64,000 nucleotides of DNA from Pelagomonas calceolata (taxonomy: Eukaryota). The position numbers and the translations under genes are program-made. Positions 20,438 to 29,270 of this stretch are shown one piece after another (the stretch's first letter is position 1; the number at the start of each line of letters is the position of its first letter). The notes beneath the pieces are model-generated. The model was not told the DNA's origin, searched no databases, and saw only the letters and a program-made list of their open reading frames with translations. The stretch spans positions 62,001-126,000 of the forward strand of contig CAKKNE010000006.1 of NCBI GenBank assembly GCA_918797485.1. Direction: 5' to 3'.

Positions 20438-20866
20438 ATGGAGATGTTGCCGCCGGCTACGAGCGTCGTCGTGGGCGCGACCATAGAAAAAAGATTCCCC
20501 GGCTACGGCGTTCACCGCGGCACCGTCGCCGAGATCGACGGCGGCAAGGTCCTCGTTCACTGGGCCGCGACGGACGAGCGCAAGAATCGACGGTGGCACG
20601 CGGGCTACAGGGACGCGGACGGCAAGACGCGCTTCATTGGCCTCTTCGACACCCAGGAGGCGGCCGCGCGCGCCTACAACGCGGCAATCCGTCGCGCAGG
20701 CCTCGAAGGGAAGCGGCGCACGAACCCGGTCGTCGACGGGCAGCTGGTGCCCCGCGCGTACAAGGCGCGTGGTCACGGGGTCGACGCGTTGCGCGGGCGC
20801 AAGCGCCGCCGCGAAGAGCCCGCGGCCACGCCGTCGGCGCGCGCCCGCCGCCCGCGCCGGGACTAG
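20438..20866 (+). CDS. AP2 DNA-binding domain protein with Tudor-like N-terminus
   Basis: RRWHAGY...RFIGLFDTQEAAARAYNAA (AP2); VGATIEKRFPGYGVHRGTV...VHW; basic C-terminal NLS-like stretch. Confidence 0.75.
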   Translation: MEMLPPATSVVVGATIEKRFPGYGVHRGTVAEIDGGKVLVHWAATDERKNRRWHAGYRDADGKTRFIGLFDTQEAAARAYNAAIRRAGLEGKRRTNPVVDGQLVPRAYKARGHGVDALRGRKRRREEPAATPSARARRPRRD

Positions 20867-20898
20867 GCTCGTACGTAAGATGACACACCAAAGCTAGA

Positions 20899-22611
20899 TT
20901 ACTCCCCGAGGAACTTCGCCATCGGGTCGTCCTTCGCCACCTTCGTCCGCCGGTAGGCCTCCATCTCCTCGGCCGTCACGTCCGTCGTCGCCAGCGAGTT
21001 GTACTTGCGCTTGCCGTCGCCCGCCTCTTTCGCGGGCTTTTGCCGGGCCATCGCTTCCCGGACCTTGGCCTCGTCGAGCTGCTGCGACGCGTCGGCCTCG
21101 CCGTAGAGCGACGCGCGCGACGGCGGCGCCGCCGTCGTCCCCGATTTGGAATTAGCGAGCATGGGCCGCTCGACGGGTTGCGTCATGCGCGCGACGGCCG
21201 CGTCGTTAGCGCGCCGTCCGGCCTCGCCCGTCGCATACGAATGGCGCGTCGTAGAATGGTCGTCGGCATACCCCCACCGGAACGTGGCCGCGCAAAAGTA
21301 CGAGCCCCAGACGCAATCATGCCCTGACTCGTGCACGTCCTCGGCATAGCGCGATTGTCGCGCGGCGACGGGCGCGCCCTTGATCACGCGACCGTCGGCG
21401 CCGTACTCCACGTATCGCTCCGACGTGGCGCGCGCGCCCCTTAAGGCTCGTTCGTCAGGATCGTCCGCCGCCGCGGCCGAGCCGTACCTCTCCGCGATCT
21501 CGCGCTGCTTTTGTTGATCTGCCTCTTTCCTCTTCTTCTCGAAGTCCCTCCTAGCTAATTCGGTACGAGAAGGGTCGGCCTGCGTATGTACCACATCACC
21601 TCCTGCCTTCGTGCCTCGCCGCTCCGCGTCCCACGCAAAGCACGACGTCTTGGCCAATTCCAGAGCGTCGCCCGTAGCTCTTGCAAAATTGTCGCCCGCA
21701 TAGATGAGATCCTTCGGGTCGCCCAGATGCGGCGTCGGATTCTCGCGCATCGCCCGACTCTTCGGGTCGTAAAAAGCTGATTCGGGGTCCAGGTTCCTCA
21801 GATACTTCGCCGTATCTTCTCTGATACGTAAATTCCTGACGGTCGTCTTCATCTGCGCGCCACCGACGCCGCCCTGCCTCGCAAATCGTTTCTGAAAGTC
21901 CGTGGCGCCGGCGTCGTTCTGCCTGTAACCATCGTCCTCCTGGTCTTCCGCGTCGCTGTCACTATCGTCGTCGGACTGGGGCTTGTTCTGGGAACGGGCA
22001 GCTCGAGCCGCGTCCTGCTCCTCGTACTTTTTGACCTGGTCCTGATGATAGCCGTCGCCATCATACCCGTGCCACCTATCGCGTTTCGCATCATACGCTA
22101 CTTTTCCCAGTTTTTCTAATCCAGCTCGTGCCCCCATCGCACTCTTCGGTAACTTGCAGTGGGCTCGCGGCGTCCTTCGGCCAATTTGGCCGTTCTCGAA
22201 TTCGACATCAAGCGTCCCATCGAGCCGCACCGCCTTCACCTTGCAAGGTAAGTGCGGGGCTTTCCCTCGTCGTAGAGCTTCGATCCAGGTGCCGACAGGT
22301 ACCACAGGTGGACCATCACCACTGGTCTGGGCCTTCCAGGCACTTCGTCGTCTCGCCACGTCGGCTTCGGCCTCGGCCAGGGAGACTTCTCCTACGGGCG
22401 TGCTCCCGACACCCTGATGACTGAGCGTGGGACCGGCGTCGTCGCCGAGGTACCAGGGCTTCTTCGTCAAAAATTCGGGATTATGAGGATTGATCATTTC
22501 GCCGCCGCGCTCCTTGTCGAGCGCCGGGGCCGCGGTGCCGGCCTGGCGCGCCTCCATGAGTTCCCGTTCCTTCTGGCGCTCCCGTGCGGTTTGGGGGGGC
22601 TTGGAGGCCAT
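20899..22611 (-). CDS. SLU7: Pre-mRNA splicing factor SLU7
   Basis: INPHNPEFLTKKPWYL, YDAKRDRWHGY, TVRNLRIREDTAKYLRNLD, YDPKSRAMRENP, VTAEEMEAYR...DDPMA. Confidence 0.95.
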   Translation of the reverse strand: MASKPPQTARERQKERELMEARQAGTAAPALDKERGGEMINPHNPEFLTKKPWYLGDDAGPTLSHQGVGSTPVGEVSLAEAEADVARRRSAWKAQTSGDGPPVVPVGTWIEALRRGKAPHLPCKVKAVRLDGTLDVEFENGQIGRRTPRAHCKLPKSAMGARAGLEKLGKVAYDAKRDRWHGYDGDGYHQDQVKKYEEQDAARAARSQNKPQSDDDSDSDAEDQEDDGYRQNDAGATDFQKRFARQGGVGGAQMKTTVRNLRIREDTAKYLRNLDPESAFYDPKSRAMRENPTPHLGDPKDLIYAGDNFARATGDALELAKTSCFAWDAERRGTKAGGDVVHTQADPSRTELARRDFEKKRKEADQQKQREIAERYGSAAAADDPDERALRGARATSERYVEYGADGRVIKGAPVAARQSRYAEDVHESGHDCVWGSYFCAATFRWGYADDHSTTRHSYATGEAGRRANDAAVARMTQPVERPMLANSKSGTTAAPPSRASLYGEADASQQLDEAKVREAMARQKPAKEAGDGKRKYNSLATTDVTAEEMEAYRRTKVAKDDPMAKFLGE

Positions 22612-22798
22612 GGTCGCTTTGCGCTGCGCGCTTGCGGTCTCTGGGAGAGAGGCTGCTGCTGCACTGGTCTCTGGGCGCTCGGCGGCGGCGTAAAGCTGGC
22701 TTGCTTTCACAGCGTCGTTGAATGACAGCACGTGACGAGTCTTATGAGCCACCAGGGGGCGCGCGCCGTCTGTGTGGCGCCTGCGCTTTGCCAGCCTT

Positions 22799-22822
22799 GC
22801 TAGCGTCCTGTAAGACACTAGC
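22799..22822 (-). promoter_or_regulatory. CTAG-bounded upstream motif
   Basis: GCTAGCGTCCTGTAAGACACTAGC about 190 bp upstream of the SLU7 ATG, followed by (GCCTGA)4. Confidence 0.7.
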
Positions 22823-22917
22823 AACGAACACTAGCCTGAGCCTGAGCCTGAGCCTGACGCCGTACTTACGCCGTCGACGCGCCGAAGACGCACATCCAGG
22901 GCCATTTACTCGGATAC

Positions 22918-23691
22918 CTACCTCTTCAGCCGCAGCGGCACGTCGAAGACCAGCAAAGGCGGGCCACGCGACGCGTCGACGTGCGGGCCCGCGCTCGCCG
23001 CCCAGGCCTTGTGCTCCGGCGAGTGGAGGTAGTTTTTGAGAGCGTCCGCGTCGCGCGCGAGCACCGTCAGGCACCAGTTGAAGCCCTCGCTCTTGTCCGG
23101 CCAGCTGACGAGGTCGAGGAACTTTTGGCCCAGGAAGGGTTCGAGCGACGCAGAAATACCGTCCAACCCATTAAACTTCTCCACGTGTAATTGGAGCTCG
23201 CCGGCATTCACAGTATCCTTCAGTCGAAACAACACGGGGTGGAGCTGCTGATGTATGGATGGATCGAGGGGCACCTTCAGCCGCGAATCAAACACCACGA
23301 TGCCCTTAATGTGCGGTTTGACCGCGGCCATCCAATCTTTCAAATGGGCGTCCGAGTGGAGGTAGGTTTTGAGAGCTTCGGGGTCCTCGGCGACGACGAA
23401 CAGACAGTGCGTGTAGCCGTCGGTCTTGTCGGGCCAGTTTAGGGTTGTGAGGGCGTCGGCCTTGCTTTGCGTGGCAGTGCCGTGTGCCGTGAATTGGACA
23501 TTGATGCCCTCCAACGCGTTGAATTGCTCGACGACCGCTTGGAGCGGCGCGTCGTCCTTTAACTCAGGGAACTTAAACAATACCGTATGCTGGATGGCCA
23601 TGCTGGCGGGGTTGATCTGGCCCGTTTCGTCTCTGTACGCTGCTCGGATCGACGCGGCGATCTGCTGGGACCACTCCTGCCACCCTGACAT
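22918..23691 (-). CDS. Tandem Dabb (stress-responsive alpha/beta barrel) domain protein
   Basis: Two repeats of HxVLF...WPDK..G...L..YLHS..H..W. Confidence 0.75.
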   Translation of the reverse strand: MSGWQEWSQQIAASIRAAYRDETGQINPASMAIQHTVLFKFPELKDDAPLQAVVEQFNALEGINVQFTAHGTATQSKADALTTLNWPDKTDGYTHCLFVVAEDPEALKTYLHSDAHLKDWMAAVKPHIKGIVVFDSRLKVPLDPSIHQQLHPVLFRLKDTVNAGELQLHVEKFNGLDGISASLEPFLGQKFLDLVSWPDKSEGFNWCLTVLARDADALKNYLHSPEHKAWAASAGPHVDASRGPPLLVFDVPLRLKR

Positions 23692-23749
23692 GAGGGGGCA
23701 GCCCTACACGCGGGCAATATCCTCCGGAGAGCCGAAATCGAGAGAGCTG

Positions 23750-23773
23750 GCTAGAGTGTTACAGGACGCTAGC
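23750..23773 (+). promoter_or_regulatory. CTAG-bounded upstream motif (variant)
   Basis: GCTAGAGTGTTACAGGACGCTAGC in the 170-bp gap between divergent genes (23691- and 23862+). Confidence 0.65.
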
Positions 23774-23861
23774 CCCGCGTTTTTCCGGACGGAAAAAGAG
23801 GCCGCCTCGCTGCCGCAGAGAGCTAATTTGTCATCGAGCAAGCTCCACGTATCTAGCATCG

Positions 23862-24746
23862 ATGCTCCGGCACGCCGCCTTGCGCCTGCGGCCGGTCGCG
23901 CGCCGCACCCAGCTCCTGCCTCCTGGAGCCAGTGCTGCGCGGCAAGGAGCCCTGCGGCGCATCGCGACCGCAAGACCGAGACCACTCACGCTGCCGCAAA
24001 GCCGCGCGCCGAAACTGCTGCCGCTCGCGTGCCGTGCCGCCGCCGCGCGGCCGCTCTCGTCAACGCCGCCGCCGCTCGAGGAGGAGGAGAAGGCCCCGGC
24101 CTCGGCGAGCGAGCGGGCGCAGGCGTTCGTGGCCAACCTTACCGTCGCGGACGCGGCGCGCTACGGCACGTACGCGGCCGGCGGTCTCGGGGTGTACATG
24201 GTTAGCAAAGGCGTGCTGGGCACGATCAACACGCTGCTGCACCTGCCGCCCACGACCGTCGCGAAGTACGGGTTTTACTCCGGGTTTCTGGTGGCGTCGG
24301 CGACGGCCGTCGCCATCCGCCAGGCCTGGCTCGCGATCCACATCCGGCCCGAGTTTGTGTATCGCGAAGCCCTCGCGATGATTCGAAGAAGCCAGGCCGT
24401 CGTCGACCACCTGGGCACGCCGTACCCGTCGGCGGTGCCGCTGCGCACCTACAATTTGGACGGGGGCAACTTCTTCCCCGGCGGGGCCCTGGGAGTGCAG
24501 TGGAAGCCGCCGCGCGTTGTCATGATGTTCGCGGTGGAGGGCGCCAAGGAGGAGGGCATTGTGTACCTCGAGTGCCTCAAGAACTTAAATGGAAGGCTCC
24601 ACTTCACGTTCGTGGGCGTGGACGTCTGCGATATTAACGAAACGCGGCTCATCGTGCACGGCTCGGACGAGCGCATGACGGAGAAGGCGGACCACCTCCA
24701 GAAGCTCATCGACTTCAAGAAGGACAATTCGCCGCCCAAAGAGTAA
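23862..24746 (+). CDS. Tim21-like mitochondrial inner-membrane protein
   Basis: Arg-rich presequence, hydrophobic helices, then PEFVYREAL...VVDHLG...MMFAVEG...G.VYLE. Confidence 0.65.
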   Translation: MLRHAALRLRPVARRTQLLPPGASAARQGALRRIATARPRPLTLPQSRAPKLLPLACRAAAARPLSSTPPPLEEEEKAPASASERAQAFVANLTVADAARYGTYAAGGLGVYMVSKGVLGTINTLLHLPPTTVAKYGFYSGFLVASATAVAIRQAWLAIHIRPEFVYREALAMIRRSQAVVDHLGTPYPSAVPLRTYNLDGGNFFPGGALGVQWKPPRVVMMFAVEGAKEEGIVYLECLKNLNGRLHFTFVGVDVCDINETRLIVHGSDERMTEKADHLQKLIDFKKDNSPPKE

Positions 24747-24842
24747 TTTTAGGATCTTATTCAGCCGGAGAACGCGGACTAGTCGCTGGCGCCGCTCTCG
24801 AGGCGCCGGACGGCTCGTTCGTTGTGCGCCGCCTGGCTCGCC

Positions 24843-25045
24843 GCGTGTGGAAATCAACCAGTGCGTCGGGTGCACCCGACAATTCTTCAACAAGTCATTT
24901 CTCGGTGATGACGCGGCCGTGCTGGCTCGGTCGAGCGGCGAGGAACCGGCATCGCCACGCCATCGAGCAGGCGTCGCGTCGATGGCGTGCAGGTCGACGC
25001 GACGATTCAGCACGAACGCGCCGTAAAATTTTGATTTCCACACAG
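24843..25045 (+). mobile_element. Introner family B, longest copy in the window, no matching TSD
   Basis: GTGTGGAAATCAACCAGTG...AAAATTTTGATTTCCACACAG; internal sequence shared with the copies at 27128, 30186 and 46983. Confidence 0.88.
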
Positions 25046-25434
25046 GACACAACACGGCCGAGCACGACAAGTGCGCGGGCCCCTGGTACTGCGCCAAGAG
25101 CGCGTCCTCGCAAGAGTACAACAAGGATCTCTTCTCGGTCAAGCGAGCCCTATCCTACCGGCGGGCCATCGACTCGTACTCCTGCGCGACGCTCGAACAG
25201 TGCTTCCCGACGGCGGAACAGGCCAAGGAGGCGAACGTCCAGCCCGCCGATCTACCGTCGGGCTCGGGCGGGAACTCGTACGCGCGGACGGCGCACTTCG
25301 GCGGCGTCCGCGTCGAGACGTCGTGCTGCGCCAACGGGCGCCACTACAACCACCTCGTGGACCAGCCGTGCAACGGCGCGGCGGCGCGCGGCGGCGTCGC
25401 GGCGCTCATTGTCTCCCTGCTGTTTTTACTATAA
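25046..25434 (+). pseudogene. Orphan 3' exon of a Cys-rich, GPI-anchor-type surface protein (no ATG or 5' exon found)
   Basis: 128 open GC3-rich codons from 25048: HNTAEHDKCAGPWYCAK...YSCATLEQCFP...ETSCCANG...QPCNGAAARGGVAALIVSLLFLL*. Confidence 0.55.
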
Positions 25435-25574
25435 GTACCTCCGAGAAACCAGGGTAAACCCGAATTACGTCGCAAAGGCGGCCATTTTTGGTTCAGAGGC
25501 GCTGTACGGACGCGCTGCGCCCAGAGCCACGAAAGGCTGCCTCAAAGGCGCCGCAGGCCAACCGCAGTCAAGCC

Positions 25575-28094
25575 ATGGCAGCCCTGACCCACGTGGGGAC
25601 GCGCACAGAGGCACCAACCCCACCACCACAGGAGCTCGATGATGAATTCAGCAGTGAAAGCGATCTCGAGGAGGGCCAGGATTACGTCCCACCGCCCCCG
25701 CTGCCGCCCTGGCCCCGCGGCGCGTCCACGAAGCCGCAGATGCCGCCGCGGCACAAAGCATTAGACAAGCTCAGGCTGGGCCACGCCCTCACGTCCTTTG
25801 AGGTCGTGCGAGCCTTGCTCGGCAACGACTTGTTGAGAGCGGTGCCGACGGACATCAAGAGAACGATGGAGTACTCCGGCGCCGAGATAAGGGTGGTGGG
25901 TCTGCTCTGGCGCGGCGGCGGCGACGAAGAAGAGGTGGACGACGAAGACGCCCTCAAGCCGGACGAATGGCTGCCGCGCGAGGTCCTGGCTTATCCACCT
26001 CTGCTGGAATTACCAAGGGAGCAAATAATGAGGATCAAGCACAAGTTGGATGCGCAGGCGAGGAGCGACGCCATCGAATTGGGGCGGGAGTACCCCGAGC
26101 CCGACGAAGATAATGAAGTAATAGAGAAGCTGCGGGCCGCGCGGCCGCCGGAAATTGTCAGAAAGAAGCATCCTGAGTTCGACACGGAGTTCGATCCGGT
26201 CAAGGTCGTGCGCCAGGCCGAGAAGGATCGGCTGGAGAAGATATCAAGAGAATATAGGGAGAAGGAGCGGTTCCTGCGACCGTCTCATGTAAAGGAGGAC
26301 GTCGTCGAGGCGATACAGCGCGTGGCCGCGCCGCGCAAGTCGCACGCCAAACCATTGCGACCGCCGCCGCCGCGGCCTCTGAAGAAGGAGTACCCCTTCC
26401 GCATCGGCCCGCCGGCCTTTTCGCGGACTCAGGCCATGCACGAGGACATATCGAAGCGGCCGGCGCCGTCGGGCGACCCCGCGGATGGATGGATCCAGGA
26501 GTTGTATGGAGAAGACGAGGAGCGTGTCCTGCGGCTCGCGGCGGGCGCGCCGGCAAATATAAAATTTGAGTGGAAGGACGGCGCGCTGGTTATTGTCGGG
26601 TTTGTGGACGAAGAGGCCGAGGCGCGCGCTCACAAAGCGGGCGGCGTCCTGGGGGCGCGATTGGCTTCGGTGAACGGCGTCTCCTTGCAAGGCCACGGCC
26701 GCGAGTCTGTGATGAGACGCATGCGGGATCTCGCCTCCGTCGCGCGGCGGCTCGGCTTCGCGGCGGCCGCGCCGTCGCAGTGGCACAAGCCTACTGGCGA
26801 AGCCGAGTCTACTGAAGAGTCGCCCGCGGCGGAGGCGTCGCAGTGGCACAAGCCTACTGGCGGGCCCTCGGAGACCGTGCCGGCGGGGCCGTCCGACGAA
26901 GAGCACAGGCCGCCGGCCGACGCGATTCCGGCGGGGCTCTTCGCGCGGCCGACCGCGCGGCCGCGGCTCTGCGTCCTCAAATATGTCGACGCCAATGCTA
27001 ATAAGAGAGACCTGCCCGCCAAGACCAAGGAGCGCACGAGGCGGTCCCACGAGAACGAGTACCGCTGTCTGCGGGATTTAGTACCACTACTTCTCGAGCA
27101 GTCGATCTACGCGCCGCGGGTCCTTGCCTGTGTGGAAATCAAAATCGCCGCGTCACCGCTCGACGGAGCCAGCGTGGCCACGTCGTCGCCGAGAAATGAC
27201 TTCGTGCAACCGACCCACTGGTTGATTTCCACACAGGTCCTGGCCGTGGAGTCCGACGGCGAAGGACGGTACCTCTTCGCGCTCGAGTACCTGTCCAAGC
27301 CGAACTTCGTCCAGGAAGCGTGCCTCACGGAGACGCAGGACTACCGCTGCCTCAAGTGGCTGGCACGCTTCCACGCGCTAGGCTATCGCCTGAAGCACGC
27401 GGGCTTCGACGGGCTCGGGTTGTGGGCCCTGGGCGGCCACACGTCACTTCGAGTGCGCCCGACGGGCGAAGAAAAAAAGCTCCCGAAGACCTACTCGCAG
27501 TGGCGCCTGGCGTTCGGCGCCGACGCGGAGTTCACGCCGCCCGCGGGCGACGTGGGGAAGCGCCTCGCGGCCGTCGCCCAGGACATCGATAACTGGCTGG
27601 CCGCGGCGCCGCGCACGTTAATCCACGGCGACCTCAAGGGGGGCAACATCTTCATGCGGAAGCACGATGCCTACGTCATTGACTGGCAGTGGTGCGGCTG
27701 GGGCTGCGGCGTCCACGATGTGGTCTATTACTTGGCAACCACCGCAAGTGACGAAACGGCGTCCGACTACGCGCACGCGCTCTGGCTTTACCATCACGCG
27801 TTGGTGAACGAGGTGGGTCCGGAGTTGAGGAAGGAGCGGCCCTGGCCCTTTCCAGACACGCATCGGTTGTTCATGCTCGCGCTGTTGGACTATATGCGCT
27901 GGGCCTGGTCCTATCGGCTCGTGGACGAAAATCCGTTCCTCTACCGCCAGCGGCAGAAGGGCGAGGCCGATACCAACTGCGGCGCGTACCGGCGGTCCTT
28001 CAAGCGGCTCAAGGTGCTTTGTGATTTGGCGGAGGCGTTCCTGCCGGGCGCGGAGAGTGGGGCTTTGGGGAAGTCGCTCATGGACGTGTTATAA
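25575..28094 (+). CDS. Protein with PDZ-like segment and C-terminal EcKinase/APH-like kinase domain; intron 27120-27236
   Basis: LARFHA, TLIHGDLKGGNIF and IDWQWCGWG motifs; removing the intron gives YAPR-VLAVESDG. Confidence 0.8.
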   Translation: MAALTHVGTRTEAPTPPPQELDDEFSSESDLEEGQDYVPPPPLPPWPRGASTKPQMPPRHKALDKLRLGHALTSFEVVRALLGNDLLRAVPTDIKRTMEYSGAEIRVVGLLWRGGGDEEEVDDEDALKPDEWLPREVLAYPPLLELPREQIMRIKHKLDAQARSDAIELGREYPEPDEDNEVIEKLRAARPPEIVRKKHPEFDTEFDPVKVVRQAEKDRLEKISREYREKERFLRPSHVKEDVVEAIQRVAAPRKSHAKPLRPPPPRPLKKEYPFRIGPPAFSRTQAMHEDISKRPAPSGDPADGWIQELYGEDEERVLRLAAGAPANIKFEWKDGALVIVGFVDEEAEARAHKAGGVLGARLASVNGVSLQGHGRESVMRRMRDLASVARRLGFAAAAPSQWHKPTGEAESTEESPAAEASQWHKPTGGPSETVPAGPSDEEHRPPADAIPAGLFARPTARPRLCVLKYVDANANKRDLPAKTKERTRRSHENEYRCLRDLVPLLLEQSIYAPRVLACVEIKIAASPLDGASVATSSPRNDFVQPTHWLISTQVLAVESDGEGRYLFALEYLSKPNFVQEACLTETQDYRCLKWLARFHALGYRLKHAGFDGLGLWALGGHTSLRVRPTGEEKKLPKTYSQWRLAFGADAEFTPPAGDVGKRLAAVAQDIDNWLAAAPRTLIHGDLKGGNIFMRKHDAYVIDWQWCGWGCGVHDVVYYLATTASDETASDYAHALWLYHHALVNEVGPELRKERPWPFPDTHRLFMLALLDYMRWAWSYRLVDENPFLYRQRQKGEADTNCGAYRRSFKRLKVLCDLAEAFLPGAESGALGKSLMDVL
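27128..27236 (+). mobile_element. Introner family B (intron 27120-27236, 117 nt, in frame)
   Basis: 15-bp perfect TIR CTGTGTGGAAATCAA/TTGATTTCCACACAG; TSD GTCCTTGC/GTCCTGGC (7 of 8). Confidence 0.93.
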
Positions 28095-28102
28095 TGTATG
28101 TG

Positions 28103-28786
28103 TTAACTGAGTAGCCCTGGTCGTCGCCGCGGCTCGTAGTCTGGGTCGTCAGGCCCGGCCAGGCGATTCATCCGGCGCGCCTTGCGCACGAGCTCGAGGC
28201 GGAAGCCCTTGTTCGTCAGGCACCGTGGTCGCCGTTCCTTGAGCAGGCGGACGATCTCGATCAAATTATTGATGCCGTCGTCGAGCAATAGCGCGGCGGC
28301 GATGGCCGCCGAACGATTCGCGCCGACGTCGCTGTGAATCAGAAATACCGCGCCCCGTGTTCGTCCGGCACACACGTGCGAGCGAATTTTGCCGTACCAC
28401 TTGTCCGAAAGTATTGGAAACGATGCTCGGTCCTCCGCCTCAATGCCCACATACTGGATGCTTTCCGAGTTGGGTCCGAGCGGACACCACGGCTCGCAGA
28501 TGTTGACGAGGTCCGTGATGCCTCGCGAGTTCGCGGCTAGGACGTCCATCGCCGCGCTGCGGCCGCCGATCCACAAATCAGTCGTCAGTTGCGCGGCGTC
28601 GGAGCTATTCTCGCCCGTTGGCGCCTCGAGAATTGCGGCCAGACGCCTCATCCACCGGTCCTCCACCTCGTCCGCCGGTGTGACGCCCTCGTCGTCGGAG
28701 CGGTGTTCATCGATTGCGGGGACGGCGCGTGGTGCGCCGCTAGCCTCGCGTGCTGCTACCGCTAACTGGACCAGGTTGTGGGGCAT
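28103..28786 (-). CDS. Dual-specificity phosphatase-like protein, probably catalytically dead
   Basis: LWIGG...GITDLVN...HSDVGANRSAAI...RRP...NKGFRLEL; the HCxxGxxRS Cys is Ser. Confidence 0.8.
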   Translation of the reverse strand: MPHNLVQLAVAAREASGAPRAVPAIDEHRSDDEGVTPADEVEDRWMRRLAAILEAPTGENSSDAAQLTTDLWIGGRSAAMDVLAANSRGITDLVNICEPWCPLGPNSESIQYVGIEAEDRASFPILSDKWYGKIRSHVCAGRTRGAVFLIHSDVGANRSAAIAAALLLDDGINNLIEIVRLLKERRPRCLTNKGFRLELVRKARRMNRLAGPDDPDYEPRRRPGLLS

Positions 28787-29005
28787 GGTTTGTGGGCTCG
28801 ACTGCGTGTCGATTCGAGACGCTTGCCGATAGCTCGACGCGTACGCTGCCCTGCCAGTTGACAGTGGCTTTGTTGACAACACACGAACTGGTGCAAATTT
28901 TGGAGTTGGGCTGCCCCGCTGTACTGTAGCGATGCCACGCGGGCTGAATAACGCCACAGGCAGGGAACTGCGCTACAATAACGACGAAACGCCGGCTGCC
29001 CGTTT

Positions 29006-29029
29006 GCTAGTGTCTTACAGCACGCTAGC
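29006..29029 (+). promoter_or_regulatory. CTAG-bounded upstream motif
   Basis: GCTAGTGTCTTACAGCACGCTAGC midway between divergent starts 28786- and 29271+. Confidence 0.7.
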
Positions 29030-29270
29030 GGCAGCTCGTGCGCGAGCTAAATCTTGGCCCGCACTGGCCTGCGGCATTCTACGATATTGAGCGCCTCCTT
29101 GACGGCACACGTCCATCCTACAGCAGCACCGGACAGGGGTGCAATCCTTAGCATCGTTCAGCCACTGCTCTCACTGCCCTCAACTTGACACCATCGCCGC
29201 GACACGCCGCATCAGTGGTTGAACGAATCAATTTCGTGCGCGGCTACCGTGCTAATCCCGGTAGGCGGCG

